DNA of 64,000 bases, taken from a virus. The notes beneath the pieces are model-generated. The model made no database searches. It was not told where the DNA came from and saw nothing but the letters and a program-made list of their open reading frames with translations. The DNA lies in IMG/VR virus record IMGVR_UViG_3300044213_000170, positions 81,401 through 145,400 of that record. One strand, written 5' to 3'. Positions 25,739-36,794 of this stretch are shown in pieces (within the stretch, counting starts at the first letter, position 1; each line of letters begins with the position of its first letter). A program made the translations under genes and the position numbers.

Positions 25739-26324
25739 GCTCGGCGTATAATTCCTCAATTGACCCGTTATTATCAATAATTGCATCAAAATTTGTAGGT
25801 GCCCAGCTATACTCGCTTGCATGAATATTAGGATAACATTCTTTCATTAATTGCGGCGCCGATCGTGCAGTATGAAACCAATCGGGATCTCTTCCCCTCG
25901 AAATTCTAATCATTTTGCCGCCTGCTTGTCTAATACTATTAATTTCGTTCGGAAAACGACAGTCAGTAATAACAATATTATCCGTTGCATTACGTAGTCT
26001 ATTTTCCAAGCTAGCAATCCACATATCGTCATGAAACCCGACTCTGATAACTTCTGTCCCCCATAATTGTAAGACTAATCGGGGTGTCAACTCCGGCATT
26101 CCCAGTCGTGCGGCCCACCAAGTATCAACGGTTTCTCGCCATTCTCTTGCTTGTGCTGTGCGGCCTTCTAGTAGATCTCTATCCCATCCGAATATATTCG
26201 AAACTGCATCTTTAAGAGTACTAGCAAAACTTTCTCTCCGAAACCCGTGAAAATTAACCAAGTAGTCTGCCGCAGTATCTTTGCCTGATCCGATTAACCC
26301 AACCAGTCCAATAATTGTTGTCAT
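25722..26324 (-). CDS. Deoxynucleoside monophosphate kinase (T4 gp1-like)
   Basis: GLIGSGKDT; TPRLVLQLWGTE; ITDCRFPNE; HASE. Confidence 0.93.
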   Translation of the reverse strand: MTTIIGLVGLIGSGKDTAADYLVNFHGFRRESFASTLKDAVSNIFGWDRDLLEGRTAQAREWRETVDTWWAARLGMPELTPRLVLQLWGTEVIRVGFHDDMWIASLENRLRNATDNIVITDCRFPNEINSIRQAGGKMIRISRGRDPDWFHTARSAPQLMKECYPNIHASEYSWAPTNFDAIIDNNGSIEELYAELKSLV

Positions 26325-26391
26325 AAATTACCCTGTGTATGTCAAGTATTTTACACAGATTTAAATTCTTGTCAACAATTAATGAGTTAGT

Positions 26392-27552
26392 TTATCCAGT
26401 AATCCAAGTTAACGGTTGAGAACCATCAACATAGCGTTTCAATTCCTCTTCGAGCTTTTCCATTTCGGCTTGTGCTTCCTGCATCAATGCGGCTCCATTT
26501 AACTGTGACCCGCCTTGTGGTCCTGCTACCGAACTAAACTTGCCACGTGCTTGCCCTAAAATGCTCTTAGCAAATGCCAATGAGTATTCTTGTAACCAAG
26601 GATATACTTGCGGATCACTCAATAGCATACTGTCTGGTTTTTGGTTATATACCCAAAGCAACACACTTTCAGTACTAATGTTTCCGTCTACCTCGGGACT
26701 CCAAACTTTTGTTTGTCGTAAACTATAGCCAGGGGCAACTTCAGTTGCACCCAGACTCTGAGTTGCTATAACTGTTATCACTGTACAAGAACCGTCCACA
26801 CTTGCTACAGTGTATTGACCGCTATATCCCGCAACCGGACATTGTTCTATATAAATTCTATTGCCTGCCGCTATAGTAACTGGGTTACCTAACGTAAGGG
26901 TAATAGTGCTACCTATAGCAGTGCCGTTACTGGTTATTGTACTGATATTTAAATAGGTGTGGCCGTAATCGGGTATTTTACGAAGAACTGTGAGTTTCTT
27001 CGTTACTTTATTCCAAGTATAATTCATGTAACCACCAAACATAGTCATAGCTAATTTTTGATAGTCAACGAACAGTTCATAATTTAACAAACCACCAACA
27101 CGGCCTGCTACCAACATATATGTATTCAAATAACCACTAGCAAATGGTTCAAATTGACTGGCAGTTGTACCTGTAGTACTGCCGATGCCTCTACGGAAAA
27201 TTTGTCTAACATCCGTTATGTAACTAGGCAAAATATATTCTTGAACTTCGGGCAGTAAATTTAAAAATACATAGCTTTCTTCTGTTGAATTTTGTGCTTT
27301 TTGTCTGTACTTTGTCAGTGCTTGTTTAATCGAAAGCTCATAATGTTCTTTGTCTAATTCAACATCAACAATTTGATCACCTAAGCGCAAACGAATATAA
27401 TCAATCATTTCGTTACGAAGTTGATTAAGTGTGTGAATTTGTGCATTAACCTCTATGGCACTATCTTGGCTGATAGGGCCCGGGCCGCCGAGATTTTCTG
27501 TCTCTATAGAGAAACTAGATGTTAACCCTGGTTGTATCTGTAATGATGGCAT
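26392..27552 (-). CDS. Neck protein (T4 gp13-like) with an inserted beta domain
   Basis: YIRLRLG..VDVEL; WLQEYSLA..K..LGQARGKF; LNGAAL. Confidence 0.85.
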   Translation of the reverse strand: MPSLQIQPGLTSSFSIETENLGGPGPISQDSAIEVNAQIHTLNQLRNEMIDYIRLRLGDQIVDVELDKEHYELSIKQALTKYRQKAQNSTEESYVFLNLLPEVQEYILPSYITDVRQIFRRGIGSTTGTTASQFEPFASGYLNTYMLVAGRVGGLLNYELFVDYQKLAMTMFGGYMNYTWNKVTKKLTVLRKIPDYGHTYLNISTITSNGTAIGSTITLTLGNPVTIAAGNRIYIEQCPVAGYSGQYTVASVDGSCTVITVIATQSLGATEVAPGYSLRQTKVWSPEVDGNISTESVLLWVYNQKPDSMLLSDPQVYPWLQEYSLAFAKSILGQARGKFSSVAGPQGGSQLNGAALMQEAQAEMEKLEEELKRYVDGSQPLTWITG

Positions 27553-27596
27553 AAATTATATCCTATTAACCGTATTTAGCTAATAGGATACAATAC

Positions 27597-28748
27597 TCAT
27601 TCGACTTTTAACAATAGAATATCTGTGTTAATTCGGCCATTCATTTTAATCTCAGTGGCTTTGATGTCTTCGAGGAATTTACGCAATTGTACCTTGCCCG
27701 TTTTTGCAAATTCTTTAAGTTTTTCGTCGGGTTTACGTAGCGTTTTGCACACACTTTTGTCTGCGTCAAATCCTGTTATTGTTGTACCTTTGATTCCCAA
27801 AGTTTGGTAGCTGGCCGCAACATACTTACCCAATTTGCGAGTTTTGGCATTATAGATCCACAATGCACTTGCGCCCACAACGTCTGCAGGATTTATACTG
27901 ACAATCTTGAGTTCTTTATTTTCTTTGGCAAATTTCAGTTTAGCAACCAATTTTTCTTTACTGGGTGCTTTTTTAACTCTTGCTTTTTTAGTGGCTTTTT
28001 TAACACCACGATATTGTTCGATCGCCGATAACAAGTCCGAGATCCACGAAATACGGCGTTTGAAATCAGCGGTCTTATAATGGGAATATGCCTCTTTAAG
28101 TTGACTATCTGTTTTTGCCTGTGCTTGTTCCAGCTCTTCTTTACGTTTACTGTAAAGACTTTCATATTTGCTCAATTGACTTTGAACAATATTTTTGTTG
28201 GTGAGCCAGTCATAAAACTTAACAGAGCTCAGGTCATCATACTTTCCTTCAAGTTCTCCAATGAGCTCCGAGGTTTTTTCTGCCAGTCTGTCCTGGATAG
28301 TAGGTTTATACACTGCTGGTTCAGCGGCTTCGGCGTGAAGCACTTGCTCGGGCTCCGCTGTTGCAATTGCTTCTAATATGCATTTGTCCAAGAATTCGAT
28401 ATGCCGTGGTCGAAAATGCATCCCGGCTCGATGTGCCATAACGAGGCTACACGCCGTCATAGGAATACTACGGTCCGACGACCGTTCAAATGCACGGATT
28501 TCTTCTTTGGAAAACTCCGATGCAGTTTTCATCCACTCGACGACATATTTTTTGGTATCTTTTTGACTGTAATAATAATTGTAGTAATAAAAACTTCGAC
28601 GAAGTAAGTTATCAAATTGATCCTGTGGCCAATCTTTCGATTCTTCGGGCCACTGAGGCTCTGTCCCAGTGTACTTTTCATCTAAAAAATGGCCGCCCCT
28701 GGGCTTGCTTACTTTAGTTTTAATTTTGATTCCAGCTACAACCGCCAT
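27597..28748 (-). CDS. Conserved hypothetical phage protein
   Basis: 383 aa; consensus sigma70 promoter upstream. Confidence 0.8.
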   Translation of the reverse strand: MAVVAGIKIKTKVSKPRGGHFLDEKYTGTEPQWPEESKDWPQDQFDNLLRRSFYYYNYYYSQKDTKKYVVEWMKTASEFSKEEIRAFERSSDRSIPMTACSLVMAHRAGMHFRPRHIEFLDKCILEAIATAEPEQVLHAEAAEPAVYKPTIQDRLAEKTSELIGELEGKYDDLSSVKFYDWLTNKNIVQSQLSKYESLYSKRKEELEQAQAKTDSQLKEAYSHYKTADFKRRISWISDLLSAIEQYRGVKKATKKARVKKAPSKEKLVAKLKFAKENKELKIVSINPADVVGASALWIYNAKTRKLGKYVAASYQTLGIKGTTITGFDADKSVCKTLRKPDEKLKEFAKTGKVQLRKFLEDIKATEIKMNGRINTDILLLKVE

Positions 28749-28781
28749 AATAATACCCTTTAAGTTGTTTATCTAACCATT

Positions 28782-28810
28782 ATTATAACAGAGGCGGATA
28801 TTTTTGTCAA
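28782..28810 (-). promoter_or_regulatory. sigma70-type promoter
   Basis: TTGACA-17-TATAAT. Confidence 0.8.
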
Positions 28811-28819
28811 ATACAAAGG

Positions 28820-30094
28820 CTATGTGGGTTTTGGAATGTCAGATTCTGACATTACTACTATATTAGTAGCATCCCGGATCGTATTGTCCATTACTTGTTT
28901 TAGTTGATCAAATTTTCCCAAATATGCATTCATAGTTTTATGGTAATTAAACATCCAGTCTGTGTTCATCGAATCCAAAGTTTGAGCGCATTCTAAGAAA
29001 AAATCGTGTCTGTTGGATAAAAAATCGTTGGTCGAGGAAGTTGTGCGTATATAGCCATCTCCCCATCCCCACCCGTCTATTTTATCGATTCCACTTTTCA
29101 TCAATATAAACTCATTATCCTTGCAAGGGTAAAATCTATAGGTCTGATGTGTATAATAAAAATCCGGACGGGTTTCTATTACTTGATCATAGACAAAATT
29201 GTTGGCTATTTCGTAATCTTTTTTTAGTTGTTGTGCTTTTTTGGCCAAATAAGATAAATGCAAATGTCTCCATAGGCCCCGTGCTTCGCCATTATTAATT
29301 TGGGGGGTGGTGAAATCGCTTACTGTTTGTTCATCTACTATTTCGAGTCCTTTTAGTAACGTACCAAAATATACAGAAATATCATCAATCCTTAATTCCT
29401 TTGTATCAGGAGATCGTCGAAATGTTGGAGTTACAAAATCAGATTTTTTCCAAGTAACAAAATAATAATCAACCTGTTCTGCCATAGAGCTGAAAAAGTG
29501 CATCATATTAGCTCTGCACAATAAAAATGTTCTATAGTGCCCGACTAGCAAAACTGCTATGCGTTTAAATCTATAAGGTTTAACAATTGCTTTTCGATAA
29601 AAATCAGTAAAGTTGCTTTCTAATTCATTAATTTTTCTGTTTATTTCTTCTAGTTTTAAAATATTTGAAAAATTTATAGATGCTATATTACTGCGATTTT
29701 CTTTTTGTTTAACCAGTAATTCATCGTGCCGAGCGGTTACCTGTCTCTCAGACTCAGTCACTAGTAGTTCTTGTTGTTGCAACTCAAGTGTATATTTGTC
29801 GAGCTGTAATCTAATATTGTCTATGGTCAATCGTATAGCAGACAATTCCAATCGGCGTTCACTAAGATCAAGTCTGTCTGCTCGTGATTCTAACTGATCT
29901 TTTTCAATTTGTATGCTTTCATTATCTAATTCAGAAGTCTGCCCGTTTGATAGCTGCCATATTTCTAAATTCTGTTTTTGACCGATTAATTCTTCCAGTT
30001 CAAGATGCAATTCTTTGGCTTTTTCGGTCAACCCAGGATACCAAAGTGCATTTGTATCAACCACTTTTCGCCTAAAAAATTGTCGTTCATTCAT
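28820..30094 (-). CDS. Coiled-coil protein with a possible glycosyltransferase-like C-terminal domain
   Basis: Heptad-rich N-terminus; IAVLLVGHYRTF...YDQVIETRPD. Confidence 0.55.
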   Translation of the reverse strand: MNERQFFRRKVVDTNALWYPGLTEKAKELHLELEELIGQKQNLEIWQLSNGQTSELDNESIQIEKDQLESRADRLDLSERRLELSAIRLTIDNIRLQLDKYTLELQQQELLVTESERQVTARHDELLVKQKENRSNIASINFSNILKLEEINRKINELESNFTDFYRKAIVKPYRFKRIAVLLVGHYRTFLLCRANMMHFFSSMAEQVDYYFVTWKKSDFVTPTFRRSPDTKELRIDDISVYFGTLLKGLEIVDEQTVSDFTTPQINNGEARGLWRHLHLSYLAKKAQQLKKDYEIANNFVYDQVIETRPDFYYTHQTYRFYPCKDNEFILMKSGIDKIDGWGWGDGYIRTTSSTNDFLSNRHDFFLECAQTLDSMNTDWMFNYHKTMNAYLGKFDQLKQVMDNTIRDATNIVVMSESDIPKPT

Positions 30095-30098
30095 AATG

Positions 30099-30350
30099 TT
30101 ATCCTAGTAGCCGGCTAAATGTTAGCCACTGATCGAATGTTTCTATAGCATTTTCCAACGATAGTTCAAGTTGATTTAGTTTGGCAGATTTGATATTTCG
30201 TCGACGACATTCCACCATTTCATTGGTTATTTCAAAAATAATATTTTCACAACTTCGGTACAGTTTCAATAAATCCCGCTTATGGTTGTGGTTTTCCGTA
30301 GCGCGAATTGCTCGAGCCATTCGATCTAATGTTGTTTGAAGTTCAGTCAT
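30099..30350 (-). CDS. Hypothetical protein
   Basis: Start refined to MTELQ. Confidence 0.7.
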   Translation of the reverse strand: MTELQTTLDRMARAIRATENHNHKRDLLKLYRSCENIIFEITNEMVECRRRNIKSAKLNQLELSLENAIETFDQWLTFSRLLG

Positions 30351-30426
30351 CTTTGTATTATATTTAGTATTTAGTTTATTATTTATAGTCAATTTGACTA
30401 TAAATACAATATATTTGGGACCAGAT

Positions 30427-31800
30427 ATGCCAAGATTAAGTATGTGGCGTGACAACCACTCCAATGATTATAAGTTTTTTGACCGTAGAATTTCGGAAGA
30501 ATTTACCATCGGCGGTACCGGTATTTTACTACACAAATACTTAGGTCCGCAAACAAATACCGCTGCAACTGCATATAGTTTAACATCAGACGCAGTAACT
30601 GGAACCAATTCCCTTAGTTTTGCTAACGTTTCATTGATAGAAGTAGGGCAGACTATACAAGGCATTAATATCGATACAAATACCACTATTACTAAAATAA
30701 ATGTAGCAGCAAACACTGCAACTATCAGTAGTTCGTTAACTGGCAATATTGCCGGCGGCACTCCTGTAAATGTTTATTGGAACGATGCTACTAAACCCAA
30801 TTATACTACAGATAGCGTATTAAATATTCAAGATTTACTGTTTTTAGAAAATAGAGATAGAAAATATGATACTAGTGTGTATGCGTTAAGAGGAATTTAT
30901 ACCGTAAGTGATAACGATTGGGACTTGACTCAATTTGGTTTAATGTTAAGTACCGATACTATTGTTCTTACCTTTCACTTAAATGATACCGTGGCCTCTA
31001 TAGGTCGAAAGTTAATGAGCGGAGATGTAATCGAATTACAACACAAAAAAGATTACTTCCCATTAAACGATGATTTGCCAGCTGCATTAAAAAGATTTTA
31101 TGTTATTCAAGATGTAACATTTGCGGCAGAAGGCTTTAGTCAAACTTGGTGGCCACATTTGATCAGGATCAAAGCCAAACCAATGGTTAATTCACAAGAG
31201 TACAAAGATATTCTGAATAGCATTACTACAGTTGGAACTCCGACTGGAACACCAATCGGCCAAGTAATGTCAAACCTTGCCAAGTTAGGCGAAATCAACG
31301 ATGCTGTATTAGCACAAGCAGAAATTGATGTTCCAGTAAGCGGTACTGATATCAATTCAATATATAATGTTACATTGGACCCTAATGGTTTACCAGGTGA
31401 TCCAACCGGATCATCGCTGAAAAATCTATCAGTTAATAGCACAAATAAACTGGCCAGAGCAACTACGCCGGATGCAAATATCCCTGCCTATTTGGGCGGT
31501 GACGGGTTGGCTCCCGACGGGTATCCTGTAGTACAGAGCACCAGCTTCCCCACAAATCCTAAAATCGGAGACTTCGTGTTACGTACAGATTTTGTCCCTA
31601 ATAGATTATTTCGATTCGATGGTGCACGTTGGAATAAAATAGAAGATAGTGTCAGAACAAATACTACTCCGGGACCAGCTAATGCAACCCAACACGGTAG
31701 ATTTTATAATGACAATAGTACATTTACTGACTTGGAAGGACAAACGCAGCCAACAAGACAAAGCCTTAGCAAAGCACTTAAACCCAAAGCAGATAATTAA
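30427..31800 (+). CDS. Neck/head-closure protein (T4 gp14-like)
   Basis: MPRLS; QDLLFLENRDRKYD; LTQFGL; GDVIEL; TATAAATA at 30399. Confidence 0.75.
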   Translation: MPRLSMWRDNHSNDYKFFDRRISEEFTIGGTGILLHKYLGPQTNTAATAYSLTSDAVTGTNSLSFANVSLIEVGQTIQGINIDTNTTITKINVAANTATISSSLTGNIAGGTPVNVYWNDATKPNYTTDSVLNIQDLLFLENRDRKYDTSVYALRGIYTVSDNDWDLTQFGLMLSTDTIVLTFHLNDTVASIGRKLMSGDVIELQHKKDYFPLNDDLPAALKRFYVIQDVTFAAEGFSQTWWPHLIRIKAKPMVNSQEYKDILNSITTVGTPTGTPIGQVMSNLAKLGEINDAVLAQAEIDVPVSGTDINSIYNVTLDPNGLPGDPTGSSLKNLSVNSTNKLARATTPDANIPAYLGGDGLAPDGYPVVQSTSFPTNPKIGDFVLRTDFVPNRLFRFDGARWNKIEDSVRTNTTPGPANATQHGRFYNDNSTFTDLEGQTQPTRQSLSKALKPKADN

Positions 31801-31811
31801 CAGGACAACCA

Positions 31812-33629
31812 ATGGCTTATCAATCTTTTTTTTATGATCAACAAATACGTAGATACATTATCCAATTTATCAGGATACTAAGCAATCTACAAGTGGAATT
31901 TGGCAAGGATCGAAACGGGGTAACTGCTTTACAACGTGTACCGGTCGTCTACGGTGACAGCAGTCGCCAAGTTGCAAGTATTATTCAAAACGGCAGTGAA
32001 AACTATATGAACAGTTTGCCGGCCATGGCCGTTTATATAGGCGGGTTCGAGTACGACCGAGGCCGAGTTATGAATCCCACATATGTAGATAAGCTGAATC
32101 TCCGAGAAAGAATATATGATCAGCAAACCGGAGAATATGGCACTACCCAGGGCGATACATATACAGTCGAACGATTAATGCCAGTCCCTTATAAATTAAC
32201 ATTGAAGGTAGATGTTTGGACTAGTAATACCGAACAAAAATTACAAATTTTAGAACAACTCTGCACATTATTCAACCCAGCACTGGAAATTCAAAGCACA
32301 GATAATTATGTCGACTGGACTAGTATCACTTATATTTTACTGACTGGTGTCAATTGGAGTAGTAAACCTGTTCCTACCGGTACTGATTCTCCTCAAGTTG
32401 AAACTGCATCACTGACGTTCGAGCTACCGATGTTTTTAAGTGCTCCGGCCTTGGTTAAAAAATTAGGAGTCATACAAAAAATTGTGGCCAATTTGTACGA
32501 TGCTAACGGAGATATCAACAATGCAATCTACAATGAAGGTAATTTATTATCCCGCCAATATTTTACTGTATTGAATTATGGTATAATACTATTAGAAAAT
32601 AGAATCAAATTGGTGCCTACAACCAATCACGTAATAGATAGATTGGGTGAACAAATCGTCAAAGAAGTAACCGAAGATATAAAAAATAACGTGTCTGTTG
32701 CCTTAACAGATACCGTGGGATTAGAACCAGGTATGTTTATTAGGGGCCTATCTATTACCGGTGCTGGCAATATCACTACTTCGATTGGTAGCACCATTGT
32801 TAATGGTATTCAAACTAACTTTTTATCCGATTTAACCCCGAATGTAGTATTATATCATGACGGAAATAGAGTTGGCACTGTAAGTTCTATTTCTAGTAAT
32901 ACCGAACTAATATTAACTGCAAATAGTCTAATAGATGTAACAACCTCAAATACGTTTACTTACACAGACCATTTTACAACGTATACAGGAAATGTAACTA
33001 TATCAAATATTTCCGGTGATGTTGTTCGATCTACTGGTCGTATTACTGCAAATATCGGAGATAAAATTGCATTTACCAGCTATCCCGAACAACTAGGTGA
33101 TGATCCGCAGTGGCGAAATGTAATAAATGTTTACGGTAATCTAGTCAACGGTTCTAGTAGAATTAGCGTGGAATTAGATTCCGGCGCAGAAATAGTAGGC
33201 ACAGTGGCATATAATCCGTACGATGCAACTGTATTGTTATGGAATCCTGATTTGGATACTATTCCAACAAATACCTTAGACCCGATTAATGCCATCATTG
33301 ATCCAATGTCTAGCAGACCTAATAGAGATTTACAAAATCTAGTAGAAGGTACCAGATACCTGTTGGTCAATGACTATATAACAGCCGCAGGCGAACAGCC
33401 AATTTATAACTGGATGGGGGTTGACAATACTCCGCTGATAGCGTATGCTAACGATATTATTCAATATCATGGCAATCACTGGATCGTTGCGTTTAAAAGC
33501 GATAGCGAACCAACTACGCAATACGTTACAAATATGACCACTGGTATCCAATATAAATGGGACGGAAGTCAGTGGACTAAGAGTTATGAGGGGTTTTACC
33601 CTGCAGGAAAATGGCAACTAATACTATAA
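31812..33629 (+). CDS. Tail sheath stabiliser/terminator (T4 gp15-like) with C-terminal extension
   Basis: FFYDQQIRRYI; VPVVYG; MPVPY; QILEQL..LFNP. Confidence 0.85.
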   Translation: MAYQSFFYDQQIRRYIIQFIRILSNLQVEFGKDRNGVTALQRVPVVYGDSSRQVASIIQNGSENYMNSLPAMAVYIGGFEYDRGRVMNPTYVDKLNLRERIYDQQTGEYGTTQGDTYTVERLMPVPYKLTLKVDVWTSNTEQKLQILEQLCTLFNPALEIQSTDNYVDWTSITYILLTGVNWSSKPVPTGTDSPQVETASLTFELPMFLSAPALVKKLGVIQKIVANLYDANGDINNAIYNEGNLLSRQYFTVLNYGIILLENRIKLVPTTNHVIDRLGEQIVKEVTEDIKNNVSVALTDTVGLEPGMFIRGLSITGAGNITTSIGSTIVNGIQTNFLSDLTPNVVLYHDGNRVGTVSSISSNTELILTANSLIDVTTSNTFTYTDHFTTYTGNVTISNISGDVVRSTGRITANIGDKIAFTSYPEQLGDDPQWRNVINVYGNLVNGSSRISVELDSGAEIVGTVAYNPYDATVLLWNPDLDTIPTNTLDPINAIIDPMSSRPNRDLQNLVEGTRYLLVNDYITAAGEQPIYNWMGVDNTPLIAYANDIIQYHGNHWIVAFKSDSEPTTQYVTNMTTGIQYKWDGSQWTKSYEGFYPAGKWQLIL

Positions 33630-34042
33630 ACCAAGGGTGTGGCAGTTTAATTTACTGTACATCTACCCATCGATATCTATTTTTATTACGTAACAACGGC
33701 AAAACTAAAAACACGTGGGGGCTTGTTGGTGGCAAAATCGAAGCCGGAGAATCGATTCAAGACGGCTTAATCAGAGAGATTCGAGAAGAATTGGGCGGAG
33801 AAATTCGTGATGCTAAAATAATACCCATAGAAAAGTATACTAGTGATAATAATAAATTCGTATACCACACATTCCTAATTAAAGTGGAGCATGAATTTAT
33901 TCCGTACTTAAACAATGAACATAAAGGCTACTGTTGGGTTCCGTTAGATGACTATCCGAAACCGTTACATCCCGGTGTTTATAAAACAATAAAAATAGAA
34001 CGTAACAGATCGAATATTATTCAAGAAACATCAGTTGATTGA
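33611..34042 (+). CDS. Nudix hydrolase
   Basis: GGKIEAGESIQDGLIREIREELG Nudix box. Confidence 0.92.
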   Translation: MATNTINQGCGSLIYCTSTHRYLFLLRNNGKTKNTWGLVGGKIEAGESIQDGLIREIREELGGEIRDAKIIPIEKYTSDNNKFVYHTFLIKVEHEFIPYLNNEHKGYCWVPLDDYPKPLHPGVYKTIKIERNRSNIIQETSVD

Positions 34043-34578
34043 GACGACTGTTTAGTAAAAAATAATTGTATACTAATTCTAGGTTCAGGTGCAGCTAAAG
34101 TAACCATTGTGGTTGAATGCCAGACTGGCGGTTTGAACCAAGCCATACTATTATGATAAGGGAATATCCACCCCTGTTTTCCGGGCATTTCAGGATCATC
34201 ATATAAAAATAATCCTCCCCAGTTCCAATTCCAATTTCGATTTAAATAAATGGTGCTACTTAATCGATTTGTATCTTCTGGTGCATCATGATGCCAGTTA
34301 ATTTGACTGCCGGGCGGCCATATATGCATAAACACCGTTAAATTATCCATGTTGCCAAAATCTTCATGGACTTCATTTGCATATTTTTCCCAAAAATAGT
34401 TTTTATATTGGTCTAATGGTAAAACAAAGACTCCGCTGTATGCCCCAGTCTCGAGTCCTTCTCCCCATCTACCCATATAATTAATTTCGAAACTAGCTGA
34501 ACCTTTTTTACTGGCTAGGTAGTCATGAAATTCGTTTACTTTGTCCGACTCTAAAAAATTATATCTATTATAAATCAT
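34021..34578 (-). CDS. 2OG-Fe(II) oxygenase, prolyl-4-hydroxylase-like
   Basis: WHHD; IYLN..W...WGG; WHS; RISIQ. Confidence 0.88.
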   Translation of the reverse strand: MIYNRYNFLESDKVNEFHDYLASKKGSASFEINYMGRWGEGLETGAYSGVFVLPLDQYKNYFWEKYANEVHEDFGNMDNLTVFMHIWPPGSQINWHHDAPEDTNRLSSTIYLNRNWNWNWGGLFLYDDPEMPGKQGWIFPYHNSMAWFKPPVWHSTTMVTLAAPEPRISIQLFFTKQSSQSTDVS

Positions 34579-34587
34579 GTTTTTTAT

Positions 34588-35145
34588 TTACCACTGGGTG
34601 CTGATAAAGAATAACTGAAATAATCTACCGTCATTTATATCTGTACCAAAATAATCTAAACTACTATGAAAGATATTTCCTCTATACATTGCTAATCGAT
34701 TATACTTATTACCTATTTTATCAACTAAGTCCCACTTTGTCATGTCCTGGGATTCGTATAATCGATCTCCCATTTCGTCTGATGTCAATGCGCCCGTTGC
34801 TTTGTGGCGAAATAATCCTGTGCCCCCTGTTACAGGTGCATCGGGAGTTAAGTAGCAAACTGCGGCCCACGTATTATGATGGTCACTATGTATCCAGCTA
34901 CGATCCTGTGCAGTAGTTAACTGAAAGCTACCAGTGAAACCATCCGTGTCGTGCCAATTGGTTACTTCTCCGCCGTGATTCCAGAGGATAGTTTGAATAG
35001 CATCTTTAAGACTTTGATCTAAGAAACTTTTAGTTCTACTACCCGGATAGTTGCCCGAAATGGTGAATTCTTGTGCTATTGCAAAATTCCTAACTTGATC
35101 AGGATTGCTATAAAAATCATCTACTACGATTACATTAGTTTTCAT
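34588..35145 (-). CDS. 2OG-Fe(II) oxygenase-like (DUF6445-type)
   Basis: VVDDFY.NPD; YPG.R; WIHSD; YNRL; FHS; RLFQLFF. Confidence 0.75.
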   Translation of the reverse strand: MKTNVIVVDDFYSNPDQVRNFAIAQEFTISGNYPGSRTKSFLDQSLKDAIQTILWNHGGEVTNWHDTDGFTGSFQLTTAQDRSWIHSDHHNTWAAVCYLTPDAPVTGGTGLFRHKATGALTSDEMGDRLYESQDMTKWDLVDKIGNKYNRLAMYRGNIFHSSLDYFGTDINDGRLFQLFFISTQW

Positions 35146-35935
35146 TGAAAAATTTCCCTTCTATTAGACTTTCTATTCTTTGATGTATACTATTTTCCCA
35201 GTACGGTCGAGATAAATTATAATTTTCTTCGATGTAAGGTAACATTTTATTGTAATCATCGGGTTGAAGATTGTCGAATATTTTTTCTAATTCTTCAATC
35301 GTATTGAATTGCAATATTCCATTTATATTAAAATATTTATCTATATTTGTACACCCGTAATATATTGGAACTGTTTTTGTTGCAAAACAATCTAATAATT
35401 TTTCGCTGTACATATTTGGCATTACTTGGTTCTCAGTGACGATATGGAATTTAGCATTAGTAAAGAATGAATTTTTATCAGCAACCCGAGGAGGACTACG
35501 ATGCCAATACCAGTCAAATGGTCCTATATTTGTTTTTTTTCCAAAACGATCCATGATCATAAAACGCATCCGATGTTCTTTAGTCCATATTTTACTACTC
35601 ATCAAAAATGTTATTTGATCTTTTTTGTCTAATATTAAACCACTATCAACCCACGTGCCTACTGGACAAAATTCTTGGCTATTAGGTAGTGTTAAAATCC
35701 TGGGATCGTATGCTAATATCAAATCGTAGTTTGTGTGGTGTTGTTGCACCATTTGCCAAAAGTCTAAATATAATGCAGGAGGTTCGCACTGAACTAATAC
35801 ATTGATATCTGCTGTGGCATCTGCATAAACATTATCAAAACAAATACTTACTTTCTTAGGAAATAATTTTGTAAACCCGTGATTAAAGTGGCCGCTATAG
35901 CCGGGCAAATATCCAATTTGGTTAATGACCCACAT
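35135..35935 (-). CDS. Glycosyltransferase family 10 (fucosyltransferase-like)
   Basis: KFHIVTEN...YSEKLLDCF...VPIYYG. Confidence 0.85.
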   Translation of the reverse strand: MWVINQIGYLPGYSGHFNHGFTKLFPKKVSICFDNVYADATADINVLVQCEPPALYLDFWQMVQQHHTNYDLILAYDPRILTLPNSQEFCPVGTWVDSGLILDKKDQITFLMSSKIWTKEHRMRFMIMDRFGKKTNIGPFDWYWHRSPPRVADKNSFFTNAKFHIVTENQVMPNMYSEKLLDCFATKTVPIYYGCTNIDKYFNINGILQFNTIEELEKIFDNLQPDDYNKMLPYIEENYNLSRPYWENSIHQRIESLIEGKFFNEN

Positions 35936-35936
35936 A

Positions 35937-36794
35937 TTATCCTGCTGTTTTTATAATTCTACTAACTTGTTTAATTGTATTGCTAAACACAATCGCAGCA
36001 TTGCTGAAATTACTATCCCTACAAACTAATCCGCCGCACCGCGCAAGAGTCATTGCTTCCATAAAACTTTCTTGCCAATATTTCTTTCGAAAGAACATAT
36101 CATATTCCCAACCCCACTGCGTTATGCCTGTTATTTGTTCAGTAGGTAATCTTAGTAAATTAGGATAATAACAAATTATACTACGATATCTGTTCTCCAT
36201 CTTAACAAGACTCTCTACATTATCTGTAGATACATATAGACGTTCGTATATCCCAGTCTCAAGTTCTTTATCAATGGCCTTACAGTAATCTTCATAAGTC
36301 ACTGTACCATAATTTGTTTGGGCCGCCATGGTAGTCATTCTGACATGAGCGCCCAATACTTTTTCATTTATACGAACCAATTTACATAAGTCATCTACTC
36401 GTGTTGTTATTTCGTTTTGTATATGAATTTTATTCAACACTCTTTTATAATCCGCTAACCGTGGACTGTTTTCAATAGAATCTAATCCGCTATACGTTTT
36501 ACCAATAGGTAAAAATCCCCCGTCAACGTAACTGGAATCTATTTTCTGATCCAATACATAATTCATTATATGTTCGTATGGTTTTTCGATTCCGTACATC
36601 TCCATTGTTGAGCGATTACGAACGATATGAGCTACTGCTTCTTGTAAGAATTCGTCGTCATTTGTATGTTCACTGAATGGGCTTAATCGAAGTACCACAT
36701 TATCAAACTCTATATCCGCTAGGGGGATAATTCCGGATTGTAAAAAACGGCTAAATGGACCGCCGCCAGGCATTGTAAAAATATAATTACGCAT
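35937..36794 (-). CDS. NodZ/O-fucosyltransferase-like glycosyltransferase
   Basis: LGAHVR; LYVSTD; LARC..LV...SNFS. Confidence 0.75.
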   Translation of the reverse strand: MRNYIFTMPGGGPFSRFLQSGIIPLADIEFDNVVLRLSPFSEHTNDDEFLQEAVAHIVRNRSTMEMYGIEKPYEHIMNYVLDQKIDSSYVDGGFLPIGKTYSGLDSIENSPRLADYKRVLNKIHIQNEITTRVDDLCKLVRINEKVLGAHVRMTTMAAQTNYGTVTYEDYCKAIDKELETGIYERLYVSTDNVESLVKMENRYRSIICYYPNLLRLPTEQITGITQWGWEYDMFFRKKYWQESFMEAMTLARCGGLVCRDSNFSNAAIVFSNTIKQVSRIIKTAG

